This document shows positions 10,053 to 20,165 of a DNA stretch of 64,000 nt, one piece after another (position 1 is the first letter of the stretch; the number at the start of each line of letters is the position of its first letter). Made by a program: the position numbers and the translations under genes. The notes beneath the pieces are model-generated. The model was not told the origin of the DNA. It was given only the letters and a program-made list of their open reading frames with translations, and did no database searches. Source of the DNA: Nitrospirota bacterium (GTDB lineage: Bacteria; Nitrospirota; Nitrospiria; Nitrospirales; NS-4); contig CAWBGA010000012.1 of assembly GCA_963788195.1 (NCBI GenBank), positions 30,121 to 94,120 on the forward strand, read 5' to 3'.

Positions 10053-11075
10053 TTACTCAGCAGATCTGACCGGAGGCAGGGCCCCGAGATATTCGAAGGC
10101 GCCGCGCTGAACAAGCGGCGTATCGGCCCGCAGGCGGTAATCCCCCGCCGCGGGGTTGACAAAGTGAGGGTCGAGAGTTAGGTCCGTCTCATCCTTGAGA
10201 TCCGGGGCAGGTTCCGGAGGACTTCCGGGACGGGCGTAGTCAGCGACTTCATTCCGGACCGCATTAAACGATAGTTTCGCGCGCGCCTGGGGATCGATCT
10301 GAATCCCCGACTTATTCGCACCGACGACGTTCCCCGTTAACACCGCCTCAGACTTGTCCAATACCAGTATGCCGGCGTCGTTCTTCACGATCGTGTTTCG
10401 AAGAAGCTCTGCCTTGGCTCCGCCCTGAAGTACCACCCCCGCGATCAGATTGTCCTGAATGAGATTGCCGATAAGCCGCACCGAGGATTTCCCGGTGATG
10501 GTGACACCGTGATCGTGGTTTCGGATGACGTTGCCGGTCAACTCGCCCTCGGCATCGGCGAACGACACTCCTGTTGTCTCACTGGTCATGATCACTGAGT
10601 ATTCAATCCGCACCGCGGTGGCCTGCTGCACATAGAGAAGACCTAACACACGGACATTTGACAGCACGATTCGCGAGCCATTAAAGATGCCAACAGCCAG
10701 GCCGCCGTTTTCTGCAATCGTGAGATCGCGGACTTCAATGTCAGTCGCCCCATAGGGCCACTTGCCCACGCGAAGGGCGCCGACTCGTTTCAGGCCATGG
10801 ATGGTGACGCGGTCTCGGCCTTCCCCAACCAGTCTCAGGCCGTTTTTGCTATGGACGACCACGTCTTCACGATAATTGCCCGCCTTGATAAGAATGGTGG
10901 CGCCCGGCTTGGCATCATCGATCGCTCGCTGGATTTCCCGATAGGCGCCTGATCCGTCCTGGGAGACTACAATGACCGAGGAGGGTAAGGTGGGCTCAAC
11001 GGCGAGCGCGACGGTCGCCAGAAACCAGAGCGCCCCCTGCACACCGGCACCTAAGAGCGCAACGATTCGGCTCAT
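10053..11075 (-). CDS. exported right-handed parallel beta-helix (pectin lyase/NosD-like) protein
   Basis: Signal-like N-terminus, VSQDGSGAY..IQRAIDDA...IKAGNY, repeated N-ladder strands, C-terminal DPHFVNPAAGDYRL. Confidence 0.8.
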   Translation of the reverse strand: MSRIVALLGAGVQGALWFLATVALAVEPTLPSSVIVVSQDGSGAYREIQRAIDDAKPGATILIKAGNYREDVVVHSKNGLRLVGEGRDRVTIHGLKRVGALRVGKWPYGATDIEVRDLTIAENGGLAVGIFNGSRIVLSNVRVLGLLYVQQATAVRIEYSVIMTSETTGVSFADAEGELTGNVIRNHDHGVTITGKSSVRLIGNLIQDNLIAGVVLQGGAKAELLRNTIVKNDAGILVLDKSEAVLTGNVVGANKSGIQIDPQARAKLSFNAVRNEVADYARPGSPPEPAPDLKDETDLTLDPHFVNPAAGDYRLRADTPLVQRGAFEYLGALPPVRSAE

Positions 11076-11671
11076 CTGAAGAGAGGGGTCCCAATCTGAC
11101 CAGCCTTTTCGGCCATGACCTTGAACCCTTTTCGGGAGGTTAGGGAATGCAGTTGACTCCACAGAAAACCGCCCTCCGGTGGAGTACCGGCGCTCTTCTT
11201 AAATTCCAGAACCAACTGATTCGTGTAGCGGTCATCGGTGTGGCTTTGCCCCCAACCCGTAAGCAGATAGGCTAAGGCGTCCCCCAACACGAGCGCCGAT
11301 TGTTCGCTCAAGCCCAGGCGCCGGCTGGCATAGTACCCGATGGCGGCATAGACCTCGCTGTGATCGGCGTCTTGAAGCCGTAGCTCCACGGATTGGGCTT
11401 TCTCGACTTCCAAGAGCGTCGCATCCGTAGTCTGCTCCCCTCCTCGGATGCCGTGCCCACGAGGGCCGGATTTTTCCAGCTTGAGGAGCGCCTGCACCGC
11501 TACGACTGAGACCGCCGGGGGCACTCCCCTGCGGTCCCGCCCGGCCATGATGCGCCAGTCTTCCAAATTCATCGGTCCGATGTCGCCGGCCTGCGACAGT
11601 GCCTTTCTAAAGCGCTCCCACTCAAGCTTCAGCTGCGCCTTCATGGGCTCATCAAGAAGATCCTCATTCAT
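11072..11671 (-). CDS. hypothetical protein
   Basis: Long ORF whose stop overlaps the next start; TTGCAA-N18-TACAAT promoter-like element just upstream; no recognisable motif. Confidence 0.6.
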   Translation of the reverse strand: MNEDLLDEPMKAQLKLEWERFRKALSQAGDIGPMNLEDWRIMAGRDRRGVPPAVSVVAVQALLKLEKSGPRGHGIRGGEQTTDATLLEVEKAQSVELRLQDADHSEVYAAIGYYASRRLGLSEQSALVLGDALAYLLTGWGQSHTDDRYTNQLVLEFKKSAGTPPEGGFLWSQLHSLTSRKGFKVMAEKAGQIGTPLFR

Positions 11672-11815
11672 TGTCAGCGCGATTGTACTGGTCTTTGTCG
11701 CATCCTTGCAATGTGCTATCTTTTGCAACAGCAAGATACGAAGAAGGGACAGAAACCACCCCGGCGGCCTTAAATAATCATCAGGCCCACGGGCGAGACG
11801 AACTCGTCAGGGGAC

Positions 11816-11858
11816 AAGGAATCTGTCTTGGCAGATTCCAGGGCGGGTGGGTGTAATG
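11816..11858 (+). repeat. 43-bp dispersed element, copy 1 (palindrome overlapping a -35-like box)
   Basis: AAGGAATCTGTCTTGGCAGATTCCAGGGCGGGTGGGTGTAATG; 42/43 identical to the reverse complement of 45899-45941. Confidence 0.9.
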
Positions 11859-11923
11859 GCGAGTTCTGGGGTGGGCTGGGTGTGGTGGCGAGCAAGCTTT
11901 GCTTGGCGGGCCGGTGAAATATC

Positions 11924-12528
11924 ATGTTACGAGTCGGACTGACAGGGGGCATTGCCACGGGGAAGAGTACCGTATCCTCGATGTTCGTGGAGTATGGTGC
12001 TCATCACATTGATGCCGACACCTTAGCGCGTGATGCGGTGGCGCCAGGTCAGCCAGCGTTACGTGAGATCGTTGCCGCCTTTGGCCCTGGCATGCTCCGC
12101 GCGGACGGGACACTGAACCGTGACCGGCTCGCCGACATCGTATTCAAAGACCCAGGCAAGCGCGAGCGGCTGGAAGCGATTGTCCATCCCTACGTCTTTG
12201 CCGAAGAAGAACGCCGTTATAGCCAAATTGCCGAACAAAATCCCGCGGGCTGTAGTCCTGTTTAACGCCGCTTTGCTCATTGAGACCGGAGCCTACAAGA
12301 TCGAAAGATCGGGTTATTGTAGTGACAACCGACGAGCCGACGCAGCTTGCGCGGTTGATGGCGCGCGATCATCTCACAGAGTCACAAGCTAGAGCACGGA
12401 TTCGGGCGCAGATGCCACTCAGCGAGAAAATCAAAGTGGCGCACTACGTGATCGACGGTGGCCTACCCATCGAGCAGCTCAGAAAGGAAATCGCACAGAT
12501 CTCTACGGAACTAAAGCAACTGGCCTGA
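11924..12528 (+). CDS. coaE: dephospho-CoA kinase (frameshifts near 12243 and 12300)
   Basis: GLTGGIATGKS, DAD, LEAIVHP, then ALLIE and RLMARD...ARIRAQMP in successive frames. Confidence 0.93.
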
Positions 12529-12602
12529 TCATGCTAGAGTCAGCAGGAGATTGTCCAGTCTCGACAGACTACGTGTAGGTTTCCGTACCGCGGTTAGGAC
12601 AG

Positions 12603-13595
12603 ATGGATATGGTTATTAGCTTACGTAAATTTTTAATTCCTGTACGTATCGTTGGCCTATTCCTATTCGTAGTGGGCAGCGTCGCGTTTGTTCCCTCTTC
12701 GTCTAACGTAAAGGCTGATCCTGTCAGAAATAAAGCCGTCAACGTCAGGGAGATGTCCGTTAAAGAACTATCCGACCTGGGGGAAGCACTGGTTTTCGGG
12801 GCGGTCGGGGCCAGCGGCACGCGAGGAGCGGTTGGGAAGGCTCAGTGCACTCTCTGCCATTCATTTCAAGAAGGAGTACTAAGTGATCGAGCCCCGAATT
12901 TATGGGGAATTCCGTTTAAAATACGGAACAAGGAAAACGCATTGGAATATCTGGCCGAATCACATGTCTGCCCAAGCTGCTATGTTGTCGGCGGATTTAG
13001 TCATGGTACCAGGGAGTCGGAGAGCTCAATGCCAGCAGTCCATAAACCTCCGATCAACCTAACTATTGATGAACTAATTGCAATCGATACCTGGATCTAC
13101 CACAGGGAAGGCATAATCCCCCCGACGCCGCAAGAAATCGAACAAGCTTACAGAAAATTTATTCCAGAATCTGAATGGCTCAACGCGAGCAGGGACCCGA
13201 AAATTTATCCTGCCCAGCTCCGTGCTCCTTCATATAGCCCTCCAAAGCTGACCGGCCTTGAGCCTATCAACGAGATTTTCACTCATGTCTTGTGCTTTGC
13301 GTGCCACACAATACCAGGCATTCCGAACTCAAATGGGATAGTGGGTCCGGAGCTAGTCATGAAGACCAGTGCTCCCAAACGACTTATGGATCCAAAATAT
13401 AAAGGGAAGGCAACGAACATCCGCGAATACGTCATTGAATCAATTCTCGAGCCGAGTATCTATGTGGGCGACGGCTACCCGGACAATGTGATGCCGACAG
13501 ACTATAAAAGTAAACTTAACAATCTCACTCTTGATAAAATGGTCGATTACCTGTCGCAGTTGGAGGAAGGCAAAGAGCCGCCCCAAACCCAGTAG
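12603..13595 (+). CDS. membrane-anchored/exported diheme cytochrome c, paralog of the C-terminal part of 35538-36973
   Basis: CTLCH and CFACH heme motifs plus SHVCPSC; shares GAVGASGT.GA.GK.QC, RAPNL and CFACHTIPGIP segments with the cluster cytochrome. Confidence 0.88.
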   Translation: MDMVISLRKFLIPVRIVGLFLFVVGSVAFVPSSSNVKADPVRNKAVNVREMSVKELSDLGEALVFGAVGASGTRGAVGKAQCTLCHSFQEGVLSDRAPNLWGIPFKIRNKENALEYLAESHVCPSCYVVGGFSHGTRESESSMPAVHKPPINLTIDELIAIDTWIYHREGIIPPTPQEIEQAYRKFIPESEWLNASRDPKIYPAQLRAPSYSPPKLTGLEPINEIFTHVLCFACHTIPGIPNSNGIVGPELVMKTSAPKRLMDPKYKGKATNIREYVIESILEPSIYVGDGYPDNVMPTDYKSKLNNLTLDKMVDYLSQLEEGKEPPQTQ

Positions 13596-13662
13596 CAGCG
13601 CTGTCCAGCAACTTCCGTCATCCACCGTGCATTCTCACCGAGTGCTGTGTTAGATTTCCTGC

Positions 13663-14584
<922 letters not shown>

Positions 14585-14662
14585 TCCACCGCGATTCAGA
14601 TTTCCGCAAAGAGAGGAGTTCAGAGTCCCTTCTCTTGGCGGAAGCGGGACAAAGGCAGCACC

Positions 14663-15823
14663 ATGTACTACGTGATTGCCCATTATCACGAGCTTGCACT
14701 CAAGGGACGGAACCGGCCGTTTCTAGTGGACCGACTTGTGCGAAACATGCGTCACGCTCTCAAGGGACTGGGCGTGCTTCAGGTGGAAAGCATGGGCGGA
14801 CGCATTCGAATGTCTCTAAAGGACATCTCGCAATGGCCCGCGATCAGATGCCGGCTGAACGAGACTCTAGGCCTGGCCAACTTCGCTCCGGCGCTGTGTA
14901 TTCCCAGCGATATTGAGTCCTTGAGCGCGGCCGTGTGCGAGTCTGTAGAAGGCCTTTCGTTTCACAACTTTCGCATCACGACCAAGCGCGCCGAGAAGAC
15001 CTACCCGCTGACGTCAACCGAGGTCAATCGCATCGTCGGAGCGGCCGTCGTGGAACGCACGGGCGCCGACGTCAGTCTTCGTGACCCTGAACTCAACATC
15101 TTCATTGAGATTGTCGGCGCTCAGGCCTACTTCTACCATGAGCGTTTTGCCGGAGCCGGAGGTCTTCCGGTCGGCATGTCGGGTCAAGTCGCCTGCCTCC
15201 TATCCGGGGGAATTGATTCGCCGGTCGCTGCATACCGCATGATGAAGCGCGGCTGCCGGATCGTCTTTATCCACTTTCACGGTCATCCGTTCGTCAGCCG
15301 TGCTTCTGCAGATAAAGCCGAAGAATTGGCGCGTCATCTCACCCGACACCAGTATTACTCCAGGTTGTATCTTGTTGCCTTCGGGGACATCCAGCGGCAA
15401 GTGGTTCTATCGGCGCCACCGCCTTTACGGGTCGTATTGTACCGGCGGCTGATGGTCAAGATTGCACAGGAGCTGGCATGGTCCAACAAATGCTGGGCGC
15501 TGCTCACCGGAGATAGCCTAGGCCAGGTTGCCTCTCAAACGGCAGGCAATATAAGTGTGGTGGATGAAGCCGCCACCCTTCCTTTCTTGCGCCCGCTGAT
15601 TGGGATGGACAAGATCGAAATCACCAACCAGGCTCAGAAGATCGGAACGTATGAGACTTCCATTGAGCCGGATCAGGACTGCTGTAAACTATTTATGCCG
15701 ACGAACCCTTCCACGCACGCCAATCTTGATCAGGTACGAAGGGCGGAGGCAGCACTCGACGTAGATACGTTGATAAAGCACGCCCTTGAAAAAACCGACC
15801 TTCGCGAGTTTCACTTCCCTTGA
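14663..15823 (+). CDS. thiI: tRNA 4-thiouridine synthase ThiI (no rhodanese domain)
   Basis: ELALKGRNR, THUMP domain, LLSGGIDSPVA, GDSLGQVASQT and RPLIGMDK motifs. Confidence 0.95.
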   Translation: MYYVIAHYHELALKGRNRPFLVDRLVRNMRHALKGLGVLQVESMGGRIRMSLKDISQWPAIRCRLNETLGLANFAPALCIPSDIESLSAAVCESVEGLSFHNFRITTKRAEKTYPLTSTEVNRIVGAAVVERTGADVSLRDPELNIFIEIVGAQAYFYHERFAGAGGLPVGMSGQVACLLSGGIDSPVAAYRMMKRGCRIVFIHFHGHPFVSRASADKAEELARHLTRHQYYSRLYLVAFGDIQRQVVLSAPPPLRVVLYRRLMVKIAQELAWSNKCWALLTGDSLGQVASQTAGNISVVDEAATLPFLRPLIGMDKIEITNQAQKIGTYETSIEPDQDCCKLFMPTNPSTHANLDQVRRAEAALDVDTLIKHALEKTDLREFHFP

Positions 15824-15837
15824 AATCTTGTCACGTG

Positions 15838-16902
15838 TCAATTTTCCATGAGCGCCCAAATCGGCCGCTTGGGGGAAGGAGGGAGGGGAGGGAATTTTGA
15901 ATAGCCGACTCTGAAAAAAGCGATCGCTCTTTCCTTTTCACGAAGAGTGGGCCATTTTTCTTTAAAAAAATTGGTGATGCGTGCGACCTGTTTGATTTCT
16001 TCTGGTGAAAGTCCCTCACTCCCGCGCGCTTCAATTGTCATAAAATCCAGGGCCGCGAAGAGGGGCTGGAGTCGCGCATTTTGACTCTCAAGCGTGAGCC
16101 ATATACGTTCAAATATTCTGCCACCGACCAGTGCGCTTTTTCTGCGGTCCGGATTGGATGGAGCCGTGAGCAAACACAAGGCGCCCGAAGAACGAATAAC
16201 TTTTTGGGTATTCTGCGAAGCCGTCATCCCGAGCACGTGGTAGAGCACCGGGAACCGCTTGGCTAAGCCCAGGAGGAATACCAAAAATGGCGCTCGTGCG
16301 CCAAGTCCCAATGAATACAGCGGTAATCCGTCAGTTGAAGGAATACGCTTATCGACACGGAGCATAGAAACTAAATTATCGCGCAGGAGGGCGTTACTCC
16401 ACAAAACTCGATCAACCGAACTTAAGTGTTGAGCCGCAACCTCAAGTTCTTTTTTTTCTTCGATAAAGTAAAGCATGTGACCGGCCTGTTTTGCCAGAGT
16501 CTCGAGGGAATTCTTCAGCACCGGGCTGAGCGGTCTTTTGTCGTAGCCGCGCCTGTCGGCCGCACGCTTGGAGATACTCTCATAGAGAGAATCAGAGGAA
16601 GGTAAAGACGAGGGTGTGAATGCCAGCGTCAGATGCAAGTCTCCGGAAAAGGATTCTTGTACCTCAGTAGAGAAACCCCAAAAAGAGGCGGCTTGGGCGA
16701 TATTTTCCACACACATTCCCAATCCTATAAAGTCGAATTCACCATCGGTATTATAGAGGGCAGTGCGCGTGCTTCGTTCTACGTCATGTATGACGTCGAT
16801 CTTTTTTTCTCGAACGCGTAGTTTCCACGGTTGGGAATTATCGGCAGAGGGCGAACAGCGGCCCGCTTCTAAAATCTTGTCCATGACGTCCATGTTGGTC
16901 AT
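15838..16902 (-). CDS. nitroreductase-fold protein (two-domain, Acg-like)
   Basis: SPSADNSQPW, RAADRRGY, GRIFERIWL and FFRVGY...SPKRP motifs; visibly AT-richer than flanks. Confidence 0.78.
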   Translation of the reverse strand: MTNMDVMDKILEAGRCSPSADNSQPWKLRVREKKIDVIHDVERSTRTALYNTDGEFDFIGLGMCVENIAQAASFWGFSTEVQESFSGDLHLTLAFTPSSLPSSDSLYESISKRAADRRGYDKRPLSPVLKNSLETLAKQAGHMLYFIEEKKELEVAAQHLSSVDRVLWSNALLRDNLVSMLRVDKRIPSTDGLPLYSLGLGARAPFLVFLLGLAKRFPVLYHVLGMTASQNTQKVIRSSGALCLLTAPSNPDRRKSALVGGRIFERIWLTLESQNARLQPLFAALDFMTIEARGSEGLSPEEIKQVARITNFFKEKWPTLREKERAIAFFRVGYSKFPPLPPSPKRPIWALMEN

Positions 16903-17026
16903 ATTCTAAGCTAGTTCAGTTAAGGTATTTTAATTAGTTTACGTGTGAAACGCAAACCGATTCTCTCATGCGAATGAATCTTTGCCTCACGTTGTATTAA
17001 ACAGCACGAAGGGACGAACGTGTCCT

Positions 17027-18715
17027 CTAGAGCGCCGGTTGCGGGCGCCGCGAACTCAAATAGGACGCCATGTCGTCGGCGGGGAGTGTATTAATGATAT
17101 CCTCCGCGCATAATCCGCCTTTTCGCGCCACGTTCACTCCCAAAGGGACCGTCTTCAGTGCCTCGGTACTGTGGGCATCCGGGTTGATGCTGAACTTCAC
17201 GCCTTTCTCCTTGGCGTATCGGCACAGCCGCCAGTCTAGTTCCAGCCGGTGGGGGCTTGCGTTGATCTCAATCACCTTGTCGTTTGCCGCCGCAGTGTCA
17301 ATCACTTGTTTCATGTCCGCCCGGTACCCATCTCGAGAAAGCAGCAAGCGACCGGTGGCATGGCCGAGCATCGTGACATGGGGATTCGATAGCGCGCGGC
17401 AGATCCTGCGGGTCTGATCTTCTTCGGAGAGGTTGAAACGGCTATGGACCGAGGCGATGACGAAGTCGAAGGTTCCCAACACCTCGTCAGAATAATCCAT
17501 GGCGCCGTCCGGAAGGATGTCGGCTTCAATGCCCTTAAAGATCCGGATTTCCGGCAGTTTTTTCTGAACGGCATCTATCTCCGCACGTTGCGCCAGAATC
17601 CGGTCCTCCTTGAGGCCTCGCGCATAGAAGGCCGCTTGGCTGTGATCGGAGATTCCGATATACCGATAACCAAGATCCCGCGCCGCCGCAGCCATGTCCG
17701 CTACCGTCGCCGCCCCGTCACTGTAGAGCGTGTGGGTGTGAAAGATGCCTTGCACCTGTGAAGCCTCCACCAGCGTCCCTAGTTGCCCTGACTGCGCCAG
17801 TTCGATTTCACCATGGCCTTCACGCAACTCGGGGGGAATGAAGGGAAGGCCTGCTGCGGCATAAATGGCTTCTTCTGCGAGAAATGCGGCGGGGGTAGCG
17901 ATCCGATTCAGCACCGCCTGCACATGCGTGGACTGCCCGGTGGCACGGAAGAGCGCACCGCCGTAATCGGAAGGATCAGCCACGAGGATCTCCAGAGGCA
18001 GACCCTGGGGAGAAGAGGCCGTGATCAAAGCGCGGTCCTTTTGTGTTACCTGCGTTATGCCGGAAATGCCGGCAAGCAGCCGCGCCACGGAGACGGTCGA
18101 GGAGCAAGCCATCACCATGCACAGGTTCTGCAACACTTCAGTCTTCCGTCTCAGATCCCCAGCCAGATCGGCCTGTTTTACACCTGGCAGACTCCGTACG
18201 ACCCCGAGCAGGTCCTCCGCCTCCGCAATAGCGACCGAAGTCAGTTGAAAGCCTTTATGCCGTTGGAATTGCCGGATTCCCGTCAAAATTCGCTCCTGTC
18301 CTTTGAGACCAAAGCCCGGTAGATCCACCAACCGATTTTCGATGCAGGCGTACTGTAGCTCCCCCAATGAGGTAACGCCGAGTTGTTCGTGGATCACCTT
18401 GAGCTTCTTGGGGCCAAGCCCGGAGATGGCCGCGAGCTCAAGGAGGCTCGCGGGAAACAAAGCAAGTAATTCCTCATGCAGACGACAGCGGCCGGTCGTA
18501 ATGAGTTCCGAGATCGTGGCGGAGAGCGTGGGGCCGATGCCTTTCAGTTGACCTAAGCTCTCCGCGCGGACGAGGTCGGCAGGATCCTGAGGTAGTTTCT
18601 GCAGAATTTCCGCGGCGTGGCTGTAGGCTTTGGCCTTGAACGGATTTTCACCTCTGAGCTCGAGGAGAAACGCCATTTGTTCCAGTACACGGGCGATATC
18701 AAATTTGGTCATCAT
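17027..18715 (-). CDS. polX: DNA polymerase X / PHP domain protein with non-canonical polymerase site
   Basis: GENPFKAKAY, HhH motifs GIG and GLGPKK, PPELRE; PHP motifs HTHT, SDHS, EAD, SVHS, EINA and DAH. Confidence 0.92.
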   Translation of the reverse strand: MMTKFDIARVLEQMAFLLELRGENPFKAKAYSHAAEILQKLPQDPADLVRAESLGQLKGIGPTLSATISELITTGRCRLHEELLALFPASLLELAAISGLGPKKLKVIHEQLGVTSLGELQYACIENRLVDLPGFGLKGQERILTGIRQFQRHKGFQLTSVAIAEAEDLLGVVRSLPGVKQADLAGDLRRKTEVLQNLCMVMACSSTVSVARLLAGISGITQVTQKDRALITASSPQGLPLEILVADPSDYGGALFRATGQSTHVQAVLNRIATPAAFLAEEAIYAAAGLPFIPPELREGHGEIELAQSGQLGTLVEASQVQGIFHTHTLYSDGAATVADMAAAARDLGYRYIGISDHSQAAFYARGLKEDRILAQRAEIDAVQKKLPEIRIFKGIEADILPDGAMDYSDEVLGTFDFVIASVHSRFNLSEEDQTRRICRALSNPHVTMLGHATGRLLLSRDGYRADMKQVIDTAAANDKVIEINASPHRLELDWRLCRYAKEKGVKFSINPDAHSTEALKTVPLGVNVARKGGLCAEDIINTLPADDMASYLSSRRPQPAL

Positions 18716-18843
18716 ACTTGATCGGCCCATAACCCATAGATTGTCGAGTTTCAATATACAAGACATGGATATGATCAACAATAGCGATGCGGGGACTGGA
18801 TCGCATCGTTGCGGCTGCTTTGAAAAAACTGCTAGCATGTTGG

Positions 18844-19224
18844 ATGCCTCGACATTGGCTGGCATGGTATTTCATTGTAAGCATAACTTCGCTTTCGCTG
18901 AGTACGGATGCGCAGGGCCTGGGGCGGGATACGCAAACCTCCGCATCGTGTCAGATCGGAGGGATCAAGAAGGGGATCACGGGCAAGCAGTGTGATGTGC
19001 CGATTCCCCCCGCTTGCAAGGTCGCAACGAATGTTTCCACGCAGACCCGTTGGACCGATATCGAGAAGTCCGGCGGCATGTCCTGCCGATTTGATCCGAA
19101 GCTCACCGACTGGAAGACCCGCATCACGGGTTCTTGCTCAAAATGCTTGGCCAGGCAGTGCACGGCGAAGTTCACGGTGTACTTCGACTGTCCGCAATCG
19201 CCCAGTACTCCAAAGACGCCATGA
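18844..19224 (+). CDS. small exported cysteine-rich hypothetical protein
   Basis: Hydrophobic signal-like N-terminus, 8 Cys in the mature part, stop overlaps the queG start (ATGA). Confidence 0.65.
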   Translation: MPRHWLAWYFIVSITSLSLSTDAQGLGRDTQTSASCQIGGIKKGITGKQCDVPIPPACKVATNVSTQTRWTDIEKSGGMSCRFDPKLTDWKTRITGSCSKCLARQCTAKFTVYFDCPQSPSTPKTP

Positions 19225-20165
19225 CCCTGACAGAACAGATTAGGCACGAAGCGAAGCGACTGGGCTTTGACGCTGTCGGAGTCAGTCGTGTGCCGTCAGA
19301 CCCGCCTGAAAGAGCGCGCCTCAAGGAATGGCTCGCTCGCGGGCATCAGGGGGAAATGACCTGGATGGCCCGGACGGAGAGAAAACGAGCCAATCCCGCG
19401 CTCCTGCTTCCGGGTGTTCGATCGATCCTTTCCGTCGGGATGAACTATTACACCGGTCCAGACCCCGACAATTCCCCGGACCACGGCCGCATTGCCCGTT
19501 ACGCGTGCGGCGACGACTACCATCGGGTGTTGGGCGAGCGCTTGGCATCCCTCGCCGAATTCATGGACCGGACCGCGCTGGATTCGAAGAACCGGGCGTA
19601 TGTCGATACCGGTCCGGTCATGGAGAAGGCTTGGGCGCAACGGGCGGGTCTGGGCTGGATCGGAAAACATTCCAATCTCGTCTCGCGGCAGTATGGCTCC
19701 TGGCTGGTATTAGGTGAGGTCCTCACGACTGCGGCGCTTGATCCCGATGCACCCGGTAGTGATCTCTGCGGAAACTGCACGCTGTGTATCCGTGCCTGCC
19801 CCACAGGAGCCATTACGGAACCCTATGTCGTGGATGCCCGGCGCTGTATCTCGTACTGGACCATCGAGCAAAAAGGCATGCTTCCCGAAGAGCTTCATGC
19901 GGCTGCCGGTAATAAGATCTTTGGCTGCGACGATTGTCTGAATGTCTGTCCTTACAATCGGGAAGCGAACGCGACGAGCGAACCCAGATTCTCGAGTGCG
20001 GGGGCTACCGTTCATCTCAACTTACAAACGTTGGCGCAGCAGAGCGCCGAAGAGTTTCAGGCGGCCTTTCGAAAGAGCGCCGTGCGACGGGCAACGTACG
20101 AGGGACTCCAACGCAGTGTCACCGTGGCGATCAAGAACGCTGCCCTGCGCTCTGACGAAGCATGA
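19221..20165 (+). CDS. queG: tRNA epoxyqueuosine reductase
   Basis: ARYA.GDDYH, VDTGPVMEK, GLGWIGK, CGNCTLCIRACPTGA and FGCDDCLNVCP motifs. Confidence 0.95.
   Translation: MTLTEQIRHEAKRLGFDAVGVSRVPSDPPERARLKEWLARGHQGEMTWMARTERKRANPALLLPGVRSILSVGMNYYTGPDPDNSPDHGRIARYACGDDYHRVLGERLASLAEFMDRTALDSKNRAYVDTGPVMEKAWAQRAGLGWIGKHSNLVSRQYGSWLVLGEVLTTAALDPDAPGSDLCGNCTLCIRACPTGAITEPYVVDARRCISYWTIEQKGMLPEELHAAAGNKIFGCDDCLNVCPYNREANATSEPRFSSAGATVHLNLQTLAQQSAEEFQAAFRKSAVRRATYEGLQRSVTVAIKNAALRSDEA

Noticed and set aside
13626..13650. CIRCE-like sequence (GTGCATTC...GAGTGCTG) upstream of trxB
   Set aside because: Spacer is ~5 nt rather than 9 and the arms are degenerate
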